Positions 46,511 to 55,979 of a stretch of DNA of 64,000 bases are shown here, in pieces. The stretch lies in IMG/VR virus record IMGVR_UViG_3300036861_001106, positions 32,001-96,000 of that record; one strand, given 5' to 3'. The notes below the pieces were generated by a model. That model had not been told where the DNA came from. It saw only the letters and a program-made list of their open reading frames with translations, and made no database searches. How positions within the stretch are numbered: the first letter of the stretch is position 1; each line of letters opens with the position of its first letter. A program made the position numbers and the translations under genes. The stretch is from a virus.

Positions 46511-46701
46511 TGCACGCACCATGCGCATGTATACATGCGCATGGCGCGTGCATGAGAATTCTTCATGAACCCGTGAGACCCGTGAGACCCGTGAGACATG
46601 GAAGTACCATGAGACTTTTAGGCACAAAACATGCCTCACAGGTTCATCACGGGAACCTTACAAAACTCTACATCTCTCACATCCCCCCATTCTCACGGGT
46701 T
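46511..46701. repeat. putative replication origin: 42-bp palindrome + iterons
   Basis: palindrome 46511-46552 with one mismatched pair; CCCGTGAGA x3 at 46570-46596; inverted copy at 46691-46701; directly downstream of the helicase. Confidence 0.6.
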
Positions 46702-48453
46702 AGATGCCCCCTGGAGGATCGGTTCCTCAGCTCCCAGTTTCAGCCCATCACGGACACGGAGGGACTTCTTCTGCTCAGCGTCCCACTGAAACCGCGCCTT
46801 CGGGAAGCCGAGCTGGTTCAGCCGCTTCCCGAAGGCGTCCTTGTTGAGCACCTTCTCGTTCCGGTAGCCTGATCGGTCGCACCAGCGCTGGTAGTGCTCG
46901 TAGAGGAGGTTGACAGCCACCCACTGGTCAGCACGCCTGCAGCAGCACTCGTCGAGGAACTGGGCCACGGTGTCCTGGGAGAGGTAGTACTCCTCCTTCA
47001 GCCTGGCGCTTTCCTCCGGTGGGGCAAAGTGCCAGCCGCGCTGTTGCAGCCTGCGTAGGCCGGTGAGGGCAAGGTTGAAGATGCCTGGCAGCTCCAGGCG
47101 CAGCTTGTGATCCAACCTAGTGTCAGCGGGCATGACCTGTTCATCCTTTCGCCAGGGGTCCGCCTCCCCGAACTTGCGGCGCCACTCGATGATGAGCAGC
47201 CGGCGGAAGTAGCCGCGGGTGAGGTCCAGGGTCTCCGGCAGCGTGTTGCAGGAGATCACGAAGCGCATGGTGGGACGGAAGCGAAACTCCTTGCCGTAGG
47301 GGTGTCGAGCCTGGATGGGGTCCTCCCCGGTGAGGATCTTCAGCCACTTTCCACCTGTCCGCATCTCCTCCGGTGCGGGCTCGTCGATGAAGCCCACTAG
47401 CTTGCCCATCAGGCTGGCTCGGTGGTAGCTGGAGGTGAGGTTCTGCAAGATGACGGCTGCGCACTGCTCCTCCCCCACCAGCCGCCGCAGCACACGTGCG
47501 AAGGTTCCCTTGCCGTTGCTGCCCTCGCCGACGTTCACAAGCGCATCCTGGTTGCTGATGTTGCTGGTGAGGCAGCAGCCTAGCCACTCCTCCAGGAGGG
47601 AGATCCACTCCAGGCACGGTGTGCCATCCTCGTTTACGAGCACTTCTCGCAGCCACTGGGTGAAGCGTGGGCAGTCCGCCTTGGGGTCGAATTCGTAGTC
47701 GAGGCAGTAGGTGAACCGATGGCATCGGGAATGTGGGAGGAGCTTGTCCTGGGCCAAGTCGTAGATTCCATTGCGGAGGGGGATGAGACCGGGGTTTTCA
47801 TTCAGTTCCTGTGCCTTGATGATGCCCAGGTCGGTGCGGGCCAACTTGCGCACCCCCTCGATCACCTTGGGGCTCACGCTCACCCCCACGTTGCGTAGGA
47901 AGAGGTGGATGGCGGGGTCAACTTCGTCGTCCGGCGCCACATTCAGCCAGTGTGTGCCTGTGTAGCGAAACCAGAGGTTGCCAGTGACTGCCAGGAAGTC
48001 ACTCTCAACCTCGCTGGCCCAGATGTTGGCCAGCTTGTCGAGCCCCTTCGGTCCAACCTCGGTCTCCAGGTGGCCCTTCTCCTGTAGCCATGCCCGCATG
48101 TCCTTGAGCCTGTACTTCCTTGGTCCTCCTTCCCTCAGGCTGTGGGCGTGGCTGCACTTGAAGACGACGTACGGGTACTCCGTGCCGGACCCGTCGCGCA
48201 CGAAGGTGCTGACGTGGCGCGTCTCGGTTCCATGCTCATCAGCCCATGGGCATGTCACGTGGTGCTTGTCGGCCTCGCTCCGGTCCCGGGACAGGTACAA
48301 CTCGGCCCTCTTGAGGGCCTCAAGCAGCTCCTGACCCTCCCTGGCTCGGTGGGGGTTCGTCTCTCCTTTCCCAGTCTTGGTGCCCTCACTTCCGTTTGCG
48401 CTGGTCGGCGGTAGGTTGCTGATGATTTCGTCGATGTTCATTGCGACGCTCAC
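46693..48453 (-). CDS. D5/P4-family SF3 helicase (primase-associated)
   Basis: NGIYDL, GEGSNGKGT, DE, LTGED, CN.LP, RRLLII. Confidence 0.9.
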   Translation of the reverse strand: MSVAMNIDEIISNLPPTSANGSEGTKTGKGETNPHRAREGQELLEALKRAELYLSRDRSEADKHHVTCPWADEHGTETRHVSTFVRDGSGTEYPYVVFKCSHAHSLREGGPRKYRLKDMRAWLQEKGHLETEVGPKGLDKLANIWASEVESDFLAVTGNLWFRYTGTHWLNVAPDDEVDPAIHLFLRNVGVSVSPKVIEGVRKLARTDLGIIKAQELNENPGLIPLRNGIYDLAQDKLLPHSRCHRFTYCLDYEFDPKADCPRFTQWLREVLVNEDGTPCLEWISLLEEWLGCCLTSNISNQDALVNVGEGSNGKGTFARVLRRLVGEEQCAAVILQNLTSSYHRASLMGKLVGFIDEPAPEEMRTGGKWLKILTGEDPIQARHPYGKEFRFRPTMRFVISCNTLPETLDLTRGYFRRLLIIEWRRKFGEADPWRKDEQVMPADTRLDHKLRLELPGIFNLALTGLRRLQQRGWHFAPPEESARLKEEYYLSQDTVAQFLDECCCRRADQWVAVNLLYEHYQRWCDRSGYRNEKVLNKDAFGKRLNQLGFPKARFQWDAEQKKSLRVRDGLKLGAEEPILQGASNP

Positions 48454-49187
48454 TCCCTGATGTCGATGATCTTGGCGATTCGGTGGGGTCGTCCCTCCTC
48501 GGGACAGTGTGACCCCTTGCAGGCCATGGTGCCGTAGAGTCGCACCAACCGTGCTGCGTTGTGCGTGGTGACGTCGATCATTACCTCCTCGTCGCTGAAC
48601 TTGGCAGTCAAGCGTTCCAGGACTTCACGGCACTTGTTCAGGTGCTCCACGTCGTTAGGAAGGTCGACCCGCATCAGCACGTGCGCTCCATTGCCGGAGG
48701 CAGCAGTGATCAGCCCCTGGTGGCCAGTGGCGGTGAGGAAGTCTCGAACTGTCATTGCACGCTTGACTGCCTTCAGTAGCTCCTGGTTCGTGCTGCTGAT
48801 CCCGGGGACCGGGGGTGTTCGCTTGACGTCACAGTCGATGAGGAGCCATGTGCGTCGTAGCACGTGGTCATCCATCGTCGTGCTGCGTGGTCTCCAGCGT
48901 AGCCGATTCTTGCACCGGCAGATCAGGTCGCGACGGATGGGATTGGACACGAAGTAGACCCCCTCTGCTGCGCCGGAGAGCCGGGCCGCATCCCTCACCA
49001 TCGCGCGTGGGTCGTCATAGTAGCCTGATACGGTGGTCTCATACCGGTGATCGGGGTCACTCCTTGGGTCTGACCAGTTGATTGCGCGTAGCTCCCAGCA
49101 GCAGTCAGGACTCCACCGCATGATCTTTGTCATCACCAGACTTAGCTGCTTGAGGTCGAATCGTTGAGCCTCGGCGCTCACACTCAT
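48450..49187 (-). CDS. primase-like protein (AEP-type)
   Basis: LLIDCD, SGNGAH, NAARLVRLYGT. Confidence 0.7.
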   Translation of the reverse strand: MSVSAEAQRFDLKQLSLVMTKIMRWSPDCCWELRAINWSDPRSDPDHRYETTVSGYYDDPRAMVRDAARLSGAAEGVYFVSNPIRRDLICRCKNRLRWRPRSTTMDDHVLRRTWLLIDCDVKRTPPVPGISSTNQELLKAVKRAMTVRDFLTATGHQGLITAASGNGAHVLMRVDLPNDVEHLNKCREVLERLTAKFSDEEVMIDVTTHNAARLVRLYGTMACKGSHCPEEGRPHRIAKIIDIRE

Positions 49188-49229
49188 CTCCTTTCGGTGG
49201 GGACCGTTGGTGAAATTCAAACGCGCCAC

Positions 49230-49258
49230 TTGACAGTCGAGTGCTTCCTCGGTATCAT
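49230..49258 (+). promoter_or_regulatory. antisense promoter inside the primase leader
   Basis: TTGACA-17-TATCAT. Confidence 0.65.
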
Positions 49259-49374
49259 GAGAGTGGCTCGACAAGACTCTCCTTGGTCCGAAGAGCTTTC
49301 TGTGCGCGGTCTACCTGACCCTACCCATCCGTCCTCGAAGCCACAGCCGGTCCCCACTAGCTGTGGCTTCCTCC

Positions 49375-49403
49375 ATGGTAACGCTTTCCTCCTCCCACGT
49401 CAA
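49375..49403 (-). promoter_or_regulatory. promoter of the primase/helicase operon
   Basis: TTGACG-17-TACCAT. Confidence 0.6.
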
Positions 49404-49429
49404 GCAAAATAGGGGGCCTCGCGGCCCCC
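49404..49429 (-). terminator. intrinsic terminator
   Basis: GGGGGCC-GCGA-GGCCCCC then TATTTT. Confidence 0.65.
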
Positions 49430-49451
49430 AGCGTCAGCTTCTCACCGTCCC

Positions 49452-50150
49452 TCAGGCGAACTTGTCGCCAGCCGCCGGCACCTCGCGGAACCCGGGCTCG
49501 CGATACCCATCTGGGAAGCGGATGACGAATTTTATCGACTCCACCTCTGTCCCGTCAGCGCGCTCCCACTTCTGCTTCTCCGGCACAACCTCCACCCACA
49601 GCCGCTTCCCAACTGCGGTCTCGCGGCGCATCCGCACCTTCCCGGTCTCCGCGTCGCGCAGCCCGATGGCCTCGGCGAAGCGGTACGTCTTCACCACCCC
49701 GCCCCCCTCAATGGGGAAGTACTCGTCGCGGTAGTTGCCCTTGTTCGGCCCCGCCAGGCACTTCAACTCCACCTTCTTGGACTTGTTCCCTGACCGCGCG
49801 AGGTGGGGCTCGTAGCTCATGACCTCGCAGTAGTGCCAGCCCTCCGGCCACTCCAGCTTCAGGTCGCTGGGGTCCAGCTCCACGAGGTCCTCGTCCTCGT
49901 CCTCCGCCTCGTCGAACAGCCCACCCTGCCCTACCAGGGTCTCCTCCGCTGCGCCGTTGGCGCTTGCAGCCGGGGTCCTTGGCTGTGCCGGGGGTGGCGC
50001 TGCGGCAGTTCGTGTTGCCGTCTTGGGTGCCTCCGCTGCCGGTGGCCTGCTCGGCCCTGTCACCGGCTCCTCGTTCTCCAGGAACGCCAGGATCTCCGCG
50101 TCCTCCTCCGCGCTGAAGGCTCGGGTTCCAGTTGTCTGATCGCTCGTCAT
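49452..50150 (-). CDS. DUF669-like ssDNA-binding protein
   Basis: PEGWHYCEV..SGN..V.L..GP..G; acidic N-terminus. Confidence 0.6.
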   Translation of the reverse strand: MTSDQTTGTRAFSAEEDAEILAFLENEEPVTGPSRPPAAEAPKTATRTAAAPPPAQPRTPAASANGAAEETLVGQGGLFDEAEDEDEDLVELDPSDLKLEWPEGWHYCEVMSYEPHLARSGNKSKKVELKCLAGPNKGNYRDEYFPIEGGGVVKTYRFAEAIGLRDAETGKVRMRRETAVGKRLWVEVVPEKQKWERADGTEVESIKFVIRFPDGYREPGFREVPAAGDKFA

Positions 50151-50152
50151 CG

Positions 50153-50842
50153 TCAGTTCTCCTCCTGTGTGTCGTCTTGTGTGTCATCAAGGATCGCGCG
50201 CATGTCCTGGTCTGGCCAGAACAGCACGTGCGCACACTGCTCGCTGATCACCTGCCGGCTGCAGGCGTTGAACAGCATCCGATCCGGGTTCGTGATCCAC
50301 GCCCCTGGGCCGCGAGGACCACTCCGCACGAGCCCAGCCTGCCTCGCCTGGTCGATGGTGTACGTCACCCGCGCCAGCTCGTGGCCTCGGCGCCACAGCG
50401 CCACGGTGCAGGCGGTGGCGCTGCGCTCCACCACGCGCAGCTCGTACCCGTTGCGGCGCGCCAGTGCCCGCTGGAGCTGCGCGCTGAAGCTGATGCTGCC
50501 CTGGACCAGGAAGATGTGGCTGCAGCCCACCATGGGGTTCAACCCCAACTCCTGAGCCAGCACCATCTTCGTCATCAGCTCTGCGCCCTTCACGCCGGGG
50601 TACAGGTTGGACTTCGCCGCCACCAGGGCCAGGTACTCCAACTGCTTGAGGCTGAGCTGGCGGGCCACCAGGGGCTCGGCGGGGGCCACCAGCCCCGTCT
50701 CTGCCCGCTGCAGCGCCACCGGTGGTGGCTGTGCCGTCTCCGCAGGCTCCACCGTCCCTGCGTAGGCTACCTCAATCTCCTCAGGTCCCTCCACCTCGGT
50801 CTCCACCATGTCTTCATTGCTCCGTTCCATCGTCTCCGTCAT
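50153..50842 (-). CDS. RecT-like single-strand annealing recombinase
   Basis: ELGLNPM..I..VQG, YTIDQA.QAGL, W...P.RML. Confidence 0.7.
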   Translation of the reverse strand: MTETMERSNEDMVETEVEGPEEIEVAYAGTVEPAETAQPPPVALQRAETGLVAPAEPLVARQLSLKQLEYLALVAAKSNLYPGVKGAELMTKMVLAQELGLNPMVGCSHIFLVQGSISFSAQLQRALARRNGYELRVVERSATACTVALWRRGHELARVTYTIDQARQAGLVRSGPRGPGAWITNPDRMLFNACSRQVISEQCAHVLFWPDQDMRAILDDTQDDTQEEN

Positions 50843-51872
50843 TCTCACCCTCGTTCTCGCACGTGCCTGCCGTTCGCAGGACATCAGCACAGCCTTCCAC
50901 CCACGGGGCCAGGAACTCCCCCAGCTCCACCTTGAAGCGGTTGAACTCCCGGCCACGAAACACGCGCACGTGCGCCGGGTGGTGGATGGTCCGCACCCGG
51001 CCAATGCGCTTGTGGGGTTCAAGCCACCATCCCAGGGCATTCTTGACGCACAGCTCCGCCACCTTGCCGAGGCAGAGGATGCGCTCTACCGTCTCCTCAG
51101 GGTCCAGGGAGTCCAGGAGGCTCCAGCGACCCACCTCGGGCCTGAAGGTGCTGGCGTTGCACCAGGCGCCCTCCTCCCACCGCAGCCCGACCTCGTCCAC
51201 CGCGCGCCACAGGAGCTGGCTCGCCGGGCCCCGGCTGAAGGGCAAGTCCGGCGCATCCCCAGCCCCCGTCAGCGGGCACACCCCCGGTGCTGGCCCCTCA
51301 CCAATCACCAGAAACTGCGGCTTCACGCTGCCCGTCGCCAGGCTCGGTGGGGGCCGGCCTTGTGCCAACGCCTCCAGCCTGCGGGCGAGGTCGAGTGACT
51401 CCTGCAGCACCGGGCTCCCCGGCCCCAGCAGCTCGCTGCGCGTGGCGCGCACGGTGGGCAGCCGCGTGCGCCACCCACCCCGGATCTCGTGTGCCGCGCC
51501 ATCGCGGTACCAGTCCACTACCCTCGCTGAGTCGAAGTGCCGCAGCTCCAGCGGCAGGTCCTCTTCCGCCACGTCGCCGTCCGGGAGGACCACCAGCACC
51601 ACCGCGCCCAGCGCCAGCGCGCACAGCTCCACCTGGCGCCATGCCTCGCACCGCTCGGGGTGGTAGCCCAGGAACGCCAGCCGCACCACGTCGCTCAAGT
51701 GACTGCGCAGCAGGCAGAGGCGCGGCTGCGCGTCAGCCAGGAGATGTAGCAAATTTCCGGCGAACATGTTCGGCTCGACCTGGTACCGGCGCAAGCTGTA
51801 CGCCCAGTGGTCGCGCAGGTGCAGCCCAACGTCAATCAGGTCGGTCTCGACTGGCCCTTCGATGACGATCAT
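50814..51872 (-). CDS. degenerate nucleotide-kinase domain fused to a uracil-DNA-glycosylase-like domain
   Basis: MIVIEG start; C-terminal IGEGP, PF, N, LCLGKVA, HHPA. Confidence 0.6.
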   Translation of the reverse strand: MIVIEGPVETDLIDVGLHLRDHWAYSLRRYQVEPNMFAGNLLHLLADAQPRLCLLRSHLSDVVRLAFLGYHPERCEAWRQVELCALALGAVVLVVLPDGDVAEEDLPLELRHFDSARVVDWYRDGAAHEIRGGWRTRLPTVRATRSELLGPGSPVLQESLDLARRLEALAQGRPPPSLATGSVKPQFLVIGEGPAPGVCPLTGAGDAPDLPFSRGPASQLLWRAVDEVGLRWEEGAWCNASTFRPEVGRWSLLDSLDPEETVERILCLGKVAELCVKNALGWWLEPHKRIGRVRTIHHPAHVRVFRGREFNRFKVELGEFLAPWVEGCADVLRTAGTCENEGENDGDDGTEQ

Positions 51873-51879
51873 GGTTTTT

Positions 51880-52794
51880 TTACTCGTCGTTGTGAGCAAT
51901 TATGTATGGGGTTCCTTTGAGGATTATAGGCCCATGAGGAACCCGAAATTGCGATCGTGTTTCGTTATTCACATGTAGGTTCCAGCAGTAACCTAGCGTT
52001 CTAACGTGGTCGACGATTGCGTTGCCGCTAAGACGAGATTGCAGCAGGGCCTCATGGAATCGGTGGCGGGGATCTTCGCGTTTGAGCCCATCATTGAGCG
52101 CAACGCTCCTTAAGAAGGGCTCTGCAATTCTAGGGCAGTGTCTTAGAATTGCGAGGCAGAACGCCAGGTTGTGACTCGTTGTTAGCCTAATCCGAATTGC
52201 CGTGTTGCACCCTTCCATGGCATATCCAAGAGATTCACCTGCTTGTAGGAATTGCCTGGAAAGTTCGACGCGTTCGATCCGCGACATTGGAACCTTCAGC
52301 ATTCCCTTTTTCATCATGGAAGAGTGGCTAAATCCGACCAGTAAGAATGGCATCGCCGAGTGCAGTCGCGATCGAATTCGACTGGGAATCATGCTCAGAT
52401 CCTTTTCTTCGATCCCCTTGAGGATCTCATGGGCGTCTCGGCGTGTTCCTGGCTCGGTATCGAAGTGCGCCCATAATGCCTTTCGGTCTTCCTCGCTTGG
52501 AACGTTGTAATACAGCAGTGTGCATCGCAGGGGATGCGACGCCTTTGTCGTGCTGACGCAGCGGTGAAAGCCGTCGATCAGGCGTACGTCGTTATCGACC
52601 TGGCAGAGGGTTAAAGCAGTGAGTGGAAACCGACCAGTATTGATCATCCGAATCATCGATTTGATGCTGGCCTCCTTCAGGGGTCTCTGCCACACGTAGT
52701 GAAAATCGTCAACAAAACGCTGTGCCATTTTAGCGTCCAGCAAAAGATGTTCTGATCGGTGGCTGATTACTCTTGTGTCGTGCATGGTCATCAT
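51880..52794 (-). CDS. ParB/Srx-like domain protein
   Basis: WQRPL, LIDGFHR; lower GC. Confidence 0.65.
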   Translation of the reverse strand: MMTMHDTRVISHRSEHLLLDAKMAQRFVDDFHYVWQRPLKEASIKSMIRMINTGRFPLTALTLCQVDNDVRLIDGFHRCVSTTKASHPLRCTLLYYNVPSEEDRKALWAHFDTEPGTRRDAHEILKGIEEKDLSMIPSRIRSRLHSAMPFLLVGFSHSSMMKKGMLKVPMSRIERVELSRQFLQAGESLGYAMEGCNTAIRIRLTTSHNLAFCLAILRHCPRIAEPFLRSVALNDGLKREDPRHRFHEALLQSRLSGNAIVDHVRTLGYCWNLHVNNETRSQFRVPHGPIILKGTPYIIAHNDE

Positions 52795-52805
52795 CTCATT
52801 CCTCC

Positions 52806-53792
52806 TCAGTCTTTCAACAAACGCTCCGCTAGGGCGCGGCGCATCTCCGGCGGCAGTTGTCTGGCGACGCACTCGACGAGGCGCGCACAGGTCTCGTTGT
52901 CGTAGTAGCGAAACAGGGTCCTTGCGTGGTCCGGGACCGGATCTGCTTCTGTAGCTTTTTCCACGGGGACTCCTGCCACCTTCTGGCGTTCTCTCTCTGT
53001 GCAAGCGTCGTGCCACTTCTTGGCTTCACGTACTTCTCGATCGAGTTTAAGTCGCTCTTCGCGTTGGCGTTCCTTTCGTCGGTCGTCCGCTGTCCAAAGT
53101 TCGGAGGTTGTGGAGGTTTTCGGCTTCATCTCCTCCTTTCCTCGCGTGCGTGCCTCGCGCGACGCTGTGTAAGTTGTCTTTCGGCCTGCCTTGACCTCCG
53201 CGTACAGCTCGGGTGCGTCCTTTCTTACCTTCTCCAACTCCTGCAGCGCCCGTCCCTTCACCCCAAATGCTGCTGCCGCCAGGTCCCGCGCCCGCGTCCC
53301 GCACGTCGGGGCCTCCGGTGCCTGCTCACCAGATTGTGGTGAAATCGCCACAATCTGGCTGAAGGTCCCCGACTCCTCGTCTCGCGGCTTCTGCAGTGCC
53401 TGCTCTCGGGCCTGCGCTGCCTTCTGCGCTGCAAGCTTCGCGGCGAAGTGTGGCTTCAGTTCCAGGGCGATTGCTTCCCGCTCTCCTGTGGTCAGGTGAC
53501 GCCGGCTGAGATTCGCACGGATTACGAAGTCTAGCGCGGTATCGTTTCCAGTTGGCTCGAACTCCATGAAGGTAGGTTGGACATCCAGCTCAATGCAGAC
53601 CGCATGTCGGTTTCGGCCATCCAGAATCTGGTTCTCGTAGAGTACGATTGGGAAGACGCTGTCGTAACCACGGTCGCACACGTTGAGCGCGAGTTTCTCT
53701 CGCTCTTCGGGTGTCATCAGTCGGAATGTGTCTGCCAGTGGGTGCGCCGTTAAGCCGCGCCAGTTGGCAATCTGAAAGCTTTTCTCACTCAT
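52806..53792 (-). CDS. ParB-like N-terminal domain protein
   Basis: HPLAD.F.LM, ILDGRNR, N..RRHLT. Confidence 0.75.
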   Translation of the reverse strand: MSEKSFQIANWRGLTAHPLADTFRLMTPEEREKLALNVCDRGYDSVFPIVLYENQILDGRNRHAVCIELDVQPTFMEFEPTGNDTALDFVIRANLSRRHLTTGEREAIALELKPHFAAKLAAQKAAQAREQALQKPRDEESGTFSQIVAISPQSGEQAPEAPTCGTRARDLAAAAFGVKGRALQELEKVRKDAPELYAEVKAGRKTTYTASREARTRGKEEMKPKTSTTSELWTADDRRKERQREERLKLDREVREAKKWHDACTERERQKVAGVPVEKATEADPVPDHARTLFRYYDNETCARLVECVARQLPPEMRRALAERLLKD

Positions 53793-53808
53793 TTCTTTCT
53801 TCTCCTGA

Positions 53809-55551
53809 TCACCCTGCTGCAAGTGCCGTGCCATCGCTGACCAGCGTCTTGATCAGGTCCACCCGCTTCTTCCTTGCTGCATCAATGTCCTCGTCGATCG
53901 TGCCCTGCAGGATGAGGTCGTAGATGACGTACGACCGCCTTCTTCCTAGCCGGTGGCCCCTGTCCTCGCTTTGTAGTCGCTCCAGGATCTGGAAGGTGCC
54001 GGAGTGGTAGATGAGGACGTCCGCCGCTGGCGCGTCGATGCCGTACGCCCCGGCGCTGACGTTGATCACCAGGATCCGCAGGCTGTCCCCCCGGTCCCCG
54101 AAGCGACCCAGGGCTACCTCGCGCGCCGCCGGCTTCGTGCGACCGTCAATGGCCCCCACTGCGAGCCCTGCCGCCTGTAGCTCACCCACCACGCGATCCA
54201 GCTCCGGTTGGAAGCGCGTCCAGACGATGATCTGTGCGTCGCTATTCTCAATCGTCTCCAGACAGAACTGCAGCACCCACTCTGTCTTTGGACTTGGTAG
54301 CAGGTCCACTCGCCCCTCATCCTCGCCCTCCACCTCCGTCAGGGGCAGCAGCCCCGCTGTCACCTGCTGCTGCCGCGTGCAGCGTGCGATGGCGGAGGCG
54401 ATCGTCAGCGTTCCCTTCCTACCATCCGCCAACGCGGTCTCCAGCCCGTACTGCCCGGTCACCTGCTGGTACACCTTCGCCTGCGCGGGGCTCATCTTCA
54501 GGCGCACCTCACGGTAGGTCTTCGGCGGCATGTCCGTCACCGCCGCCTTGGTGGCCCGGTAGGCGGTGCGGTACATCCTGTCCACCAGCTCCGGCAGCTT
54601 GTCCGTGCGGACGCCCACGCACTGCCACCCGGTGAAGCCCCCCAGGTGGCAGTACCGCTTCATGAACGACCAGTAGCTGCCCGGGAACACGGTGGGGTCG
54701 GTGAACTGGAACTGCGCCCAGAGGTCGCCCGGGTCCGCGCCCATCGGCGTGCCCGTCAGGGTCACCCGCCAGCGGGCTGCCCTGGCCACCTTGCGGGCTG
54801 CGCGGGAGACCTGGGAGGTTCGTCCCCGGATGCGGCTGGCCTCGTCAGCGACGATGAGGTCCAGTTTCCCCGCCAGCGCCGCCAGCTCCTCCTGCAGGAG
54901 GTACAGCACGTCCCAGTTGAGGATCAGGATTGTTGGGTCAAGCTGCTCCTGCCGGGCCAGGGCCTTGAGCAGCCTGCCGCGCTCGACCACGGGCCCGGTG
55001 AGAACCAGCACCTCGGCGCCCGGGTAGCCGTTCGTGGCGCACACGCGCCACTGCTCCATGATGACCTTCGGGCACAGCACCAGCACGAGCCCGCACCGCA
55101 GCGCACGCATCAGGTCGGTCGCAAGTCTGCTCTTGCCCATGCCCATGTCGAGCCAGCACCCGAAGCCATGGCCACCCTGGCCGAACACGCGGAGGCACTC
55201 TGCCAGGCACTCAACCTGGTGGCGGAACGGTGGTGGCAAGCCTGGGGCTGGCTCGGGGTAGTGGGCCTCCCACGCCGTGGCGCTCGGCAGCAGCTCCGCC
55301 CGCAGGGCGAGGTACGCGTCCTCCACCCCGTCGAGCTTGCCGACCGTCTCCAGCATGCGCAGCGCCGTCACCGTCGGGGGCAGCAGCAGCACCGCGCGCT
55401 CCCCAGCCGAGCCAAGCGCGTAGCGTGCCCCCGGCACTGCCTCCAGCAGCGCCAGTGCCCCCTCCGTCCCGACGTAGGCAAGCTTGCCGCCAATCACCCC
55501 GGCGCGCGGGTGTGGCACGACAGCGCGGTGGCGCGCCTCCTTGACCTCCAT
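53809..55551 (-). CDS. SNF2-family helicase
   Basis: DMGMGKS, DEAS, LTGTP, QSEDRGHRLG. Confidence 0.9.
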   Translation of the reverse strand: MEVKEARHRAVVPHPRAGVIGGKLAYVGTEGALALLEAVPGARYALGSAGERAVLLLPPTVTALRMLETVGKLDGVEDAYLALRAELLPSATAWEAHYPEPAPGLPPPFRHQVECLAECLRVFGQGGHGFGCWLDMGMGKSRLATDLMRALRCGLVLVLCPKVIMEQWRVCATNGYPGAEVLVLTGPVVERGRLLKALARQEQLDPTILILNWDVLYLLQEELAALAGKLDLIVADEASRIRGRTSQVSRAARKVARAARWRVTLTGTPMGADPGDLWAQFQFTDPTVFPGSYWSFMKRYCHLGGFTGWQCVGVRTDKLPELVDRMYRTAYRATKAAVTDMPPKTYREVRLKMSPAQAKVYQQVTGQYGLETALADGRKGTLTIASAIARCTRQQQVTAGLLPLTEVEGEDEGRVDLLPSPKTEWVLQFCLETIENSDAQIIVWTRFQPELDRVVGELQAAGLAVGAIDGRTKPAAREVALGRFGDRGDSLRILVINVSAGAYGIDAPAADVLIYHSGTFQILERLQSEDRGHRLGRRRSYVIYDLILQGTIDEDIDAARKKRVDLIKTLVSDGTALAAG

Positions 55552-55553
55552 CG

Positions 55554-55850
55554 TTACTCGCCCGCCAGCTCGTCGGTCCTGGCCTGCTCCTCCGCCACGC
55601 GCAGCTCCTCGGCGCGGGTGACCAGCTTGTGCACGCGGCTGCCGACGCCGCCGCTGCCTCCTAGCTTGCCGATCTTCTGAAAGTGCTGCACGCCATGGCG
55701 CGCCTTCGTCGTCGTGCCACCCTTCTTGCCGATTGCCGCGTAGAACTCACTGCCGTGCCTGTTTCGACAGGCAGTGCCCCGGAGGTGCATTGTGTCACGA
55801 CATGTCGCCTGGCCCGCGTTCGGGTTCTTCGCGTTTGGTCTCGCCATCAT
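55554..55850 (-). CDS. KGG-repeat stress protein (GsiB/YciG-like)
   Basis: HGSEFYAAIGKKGG and HG.QHFQKIGKLGG. Confidence 0.75.
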   Translation of the reverse strand: MMARPNAKNPNAGQATCRDTMHLRGTACRNRHGSEFYAAIGKKGGTTTKARHGVQHFQKIGKLGGSGGVGSRVHKLVTRAEELRVAEEQARTDELAGE

Positions 55851-55881
55851 CCTCTCCTCGCCCTGCGAGGGCTGAAAATTG

Positions 55882-55956
55882 CGCTTGCTTTAGTCTACCG
55901 ACGCTTGCTTCCAACGTCAAGTCTCCTTGACAAAACGCTTGCTTCGCGGGCACAAT
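55882..55956. promoter_or_regulatory. divergent promoters with three CGCTTGCTT repeats
   Basis: leftward TTGACG-17-TAGACT (55920-55892); rightward TTGACA-18-CACAAT (55927-55956). Confidence 0.6.
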
Positions 55957-55979
55957 CAGGTGAGGAGGCTTCCCTGCTG

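Noticed and set aside
46511-46552. Protelomerase telRL site
   Set aside because: No protelomerase in the window; position and iterons favour an origin, though it is not fully excluded
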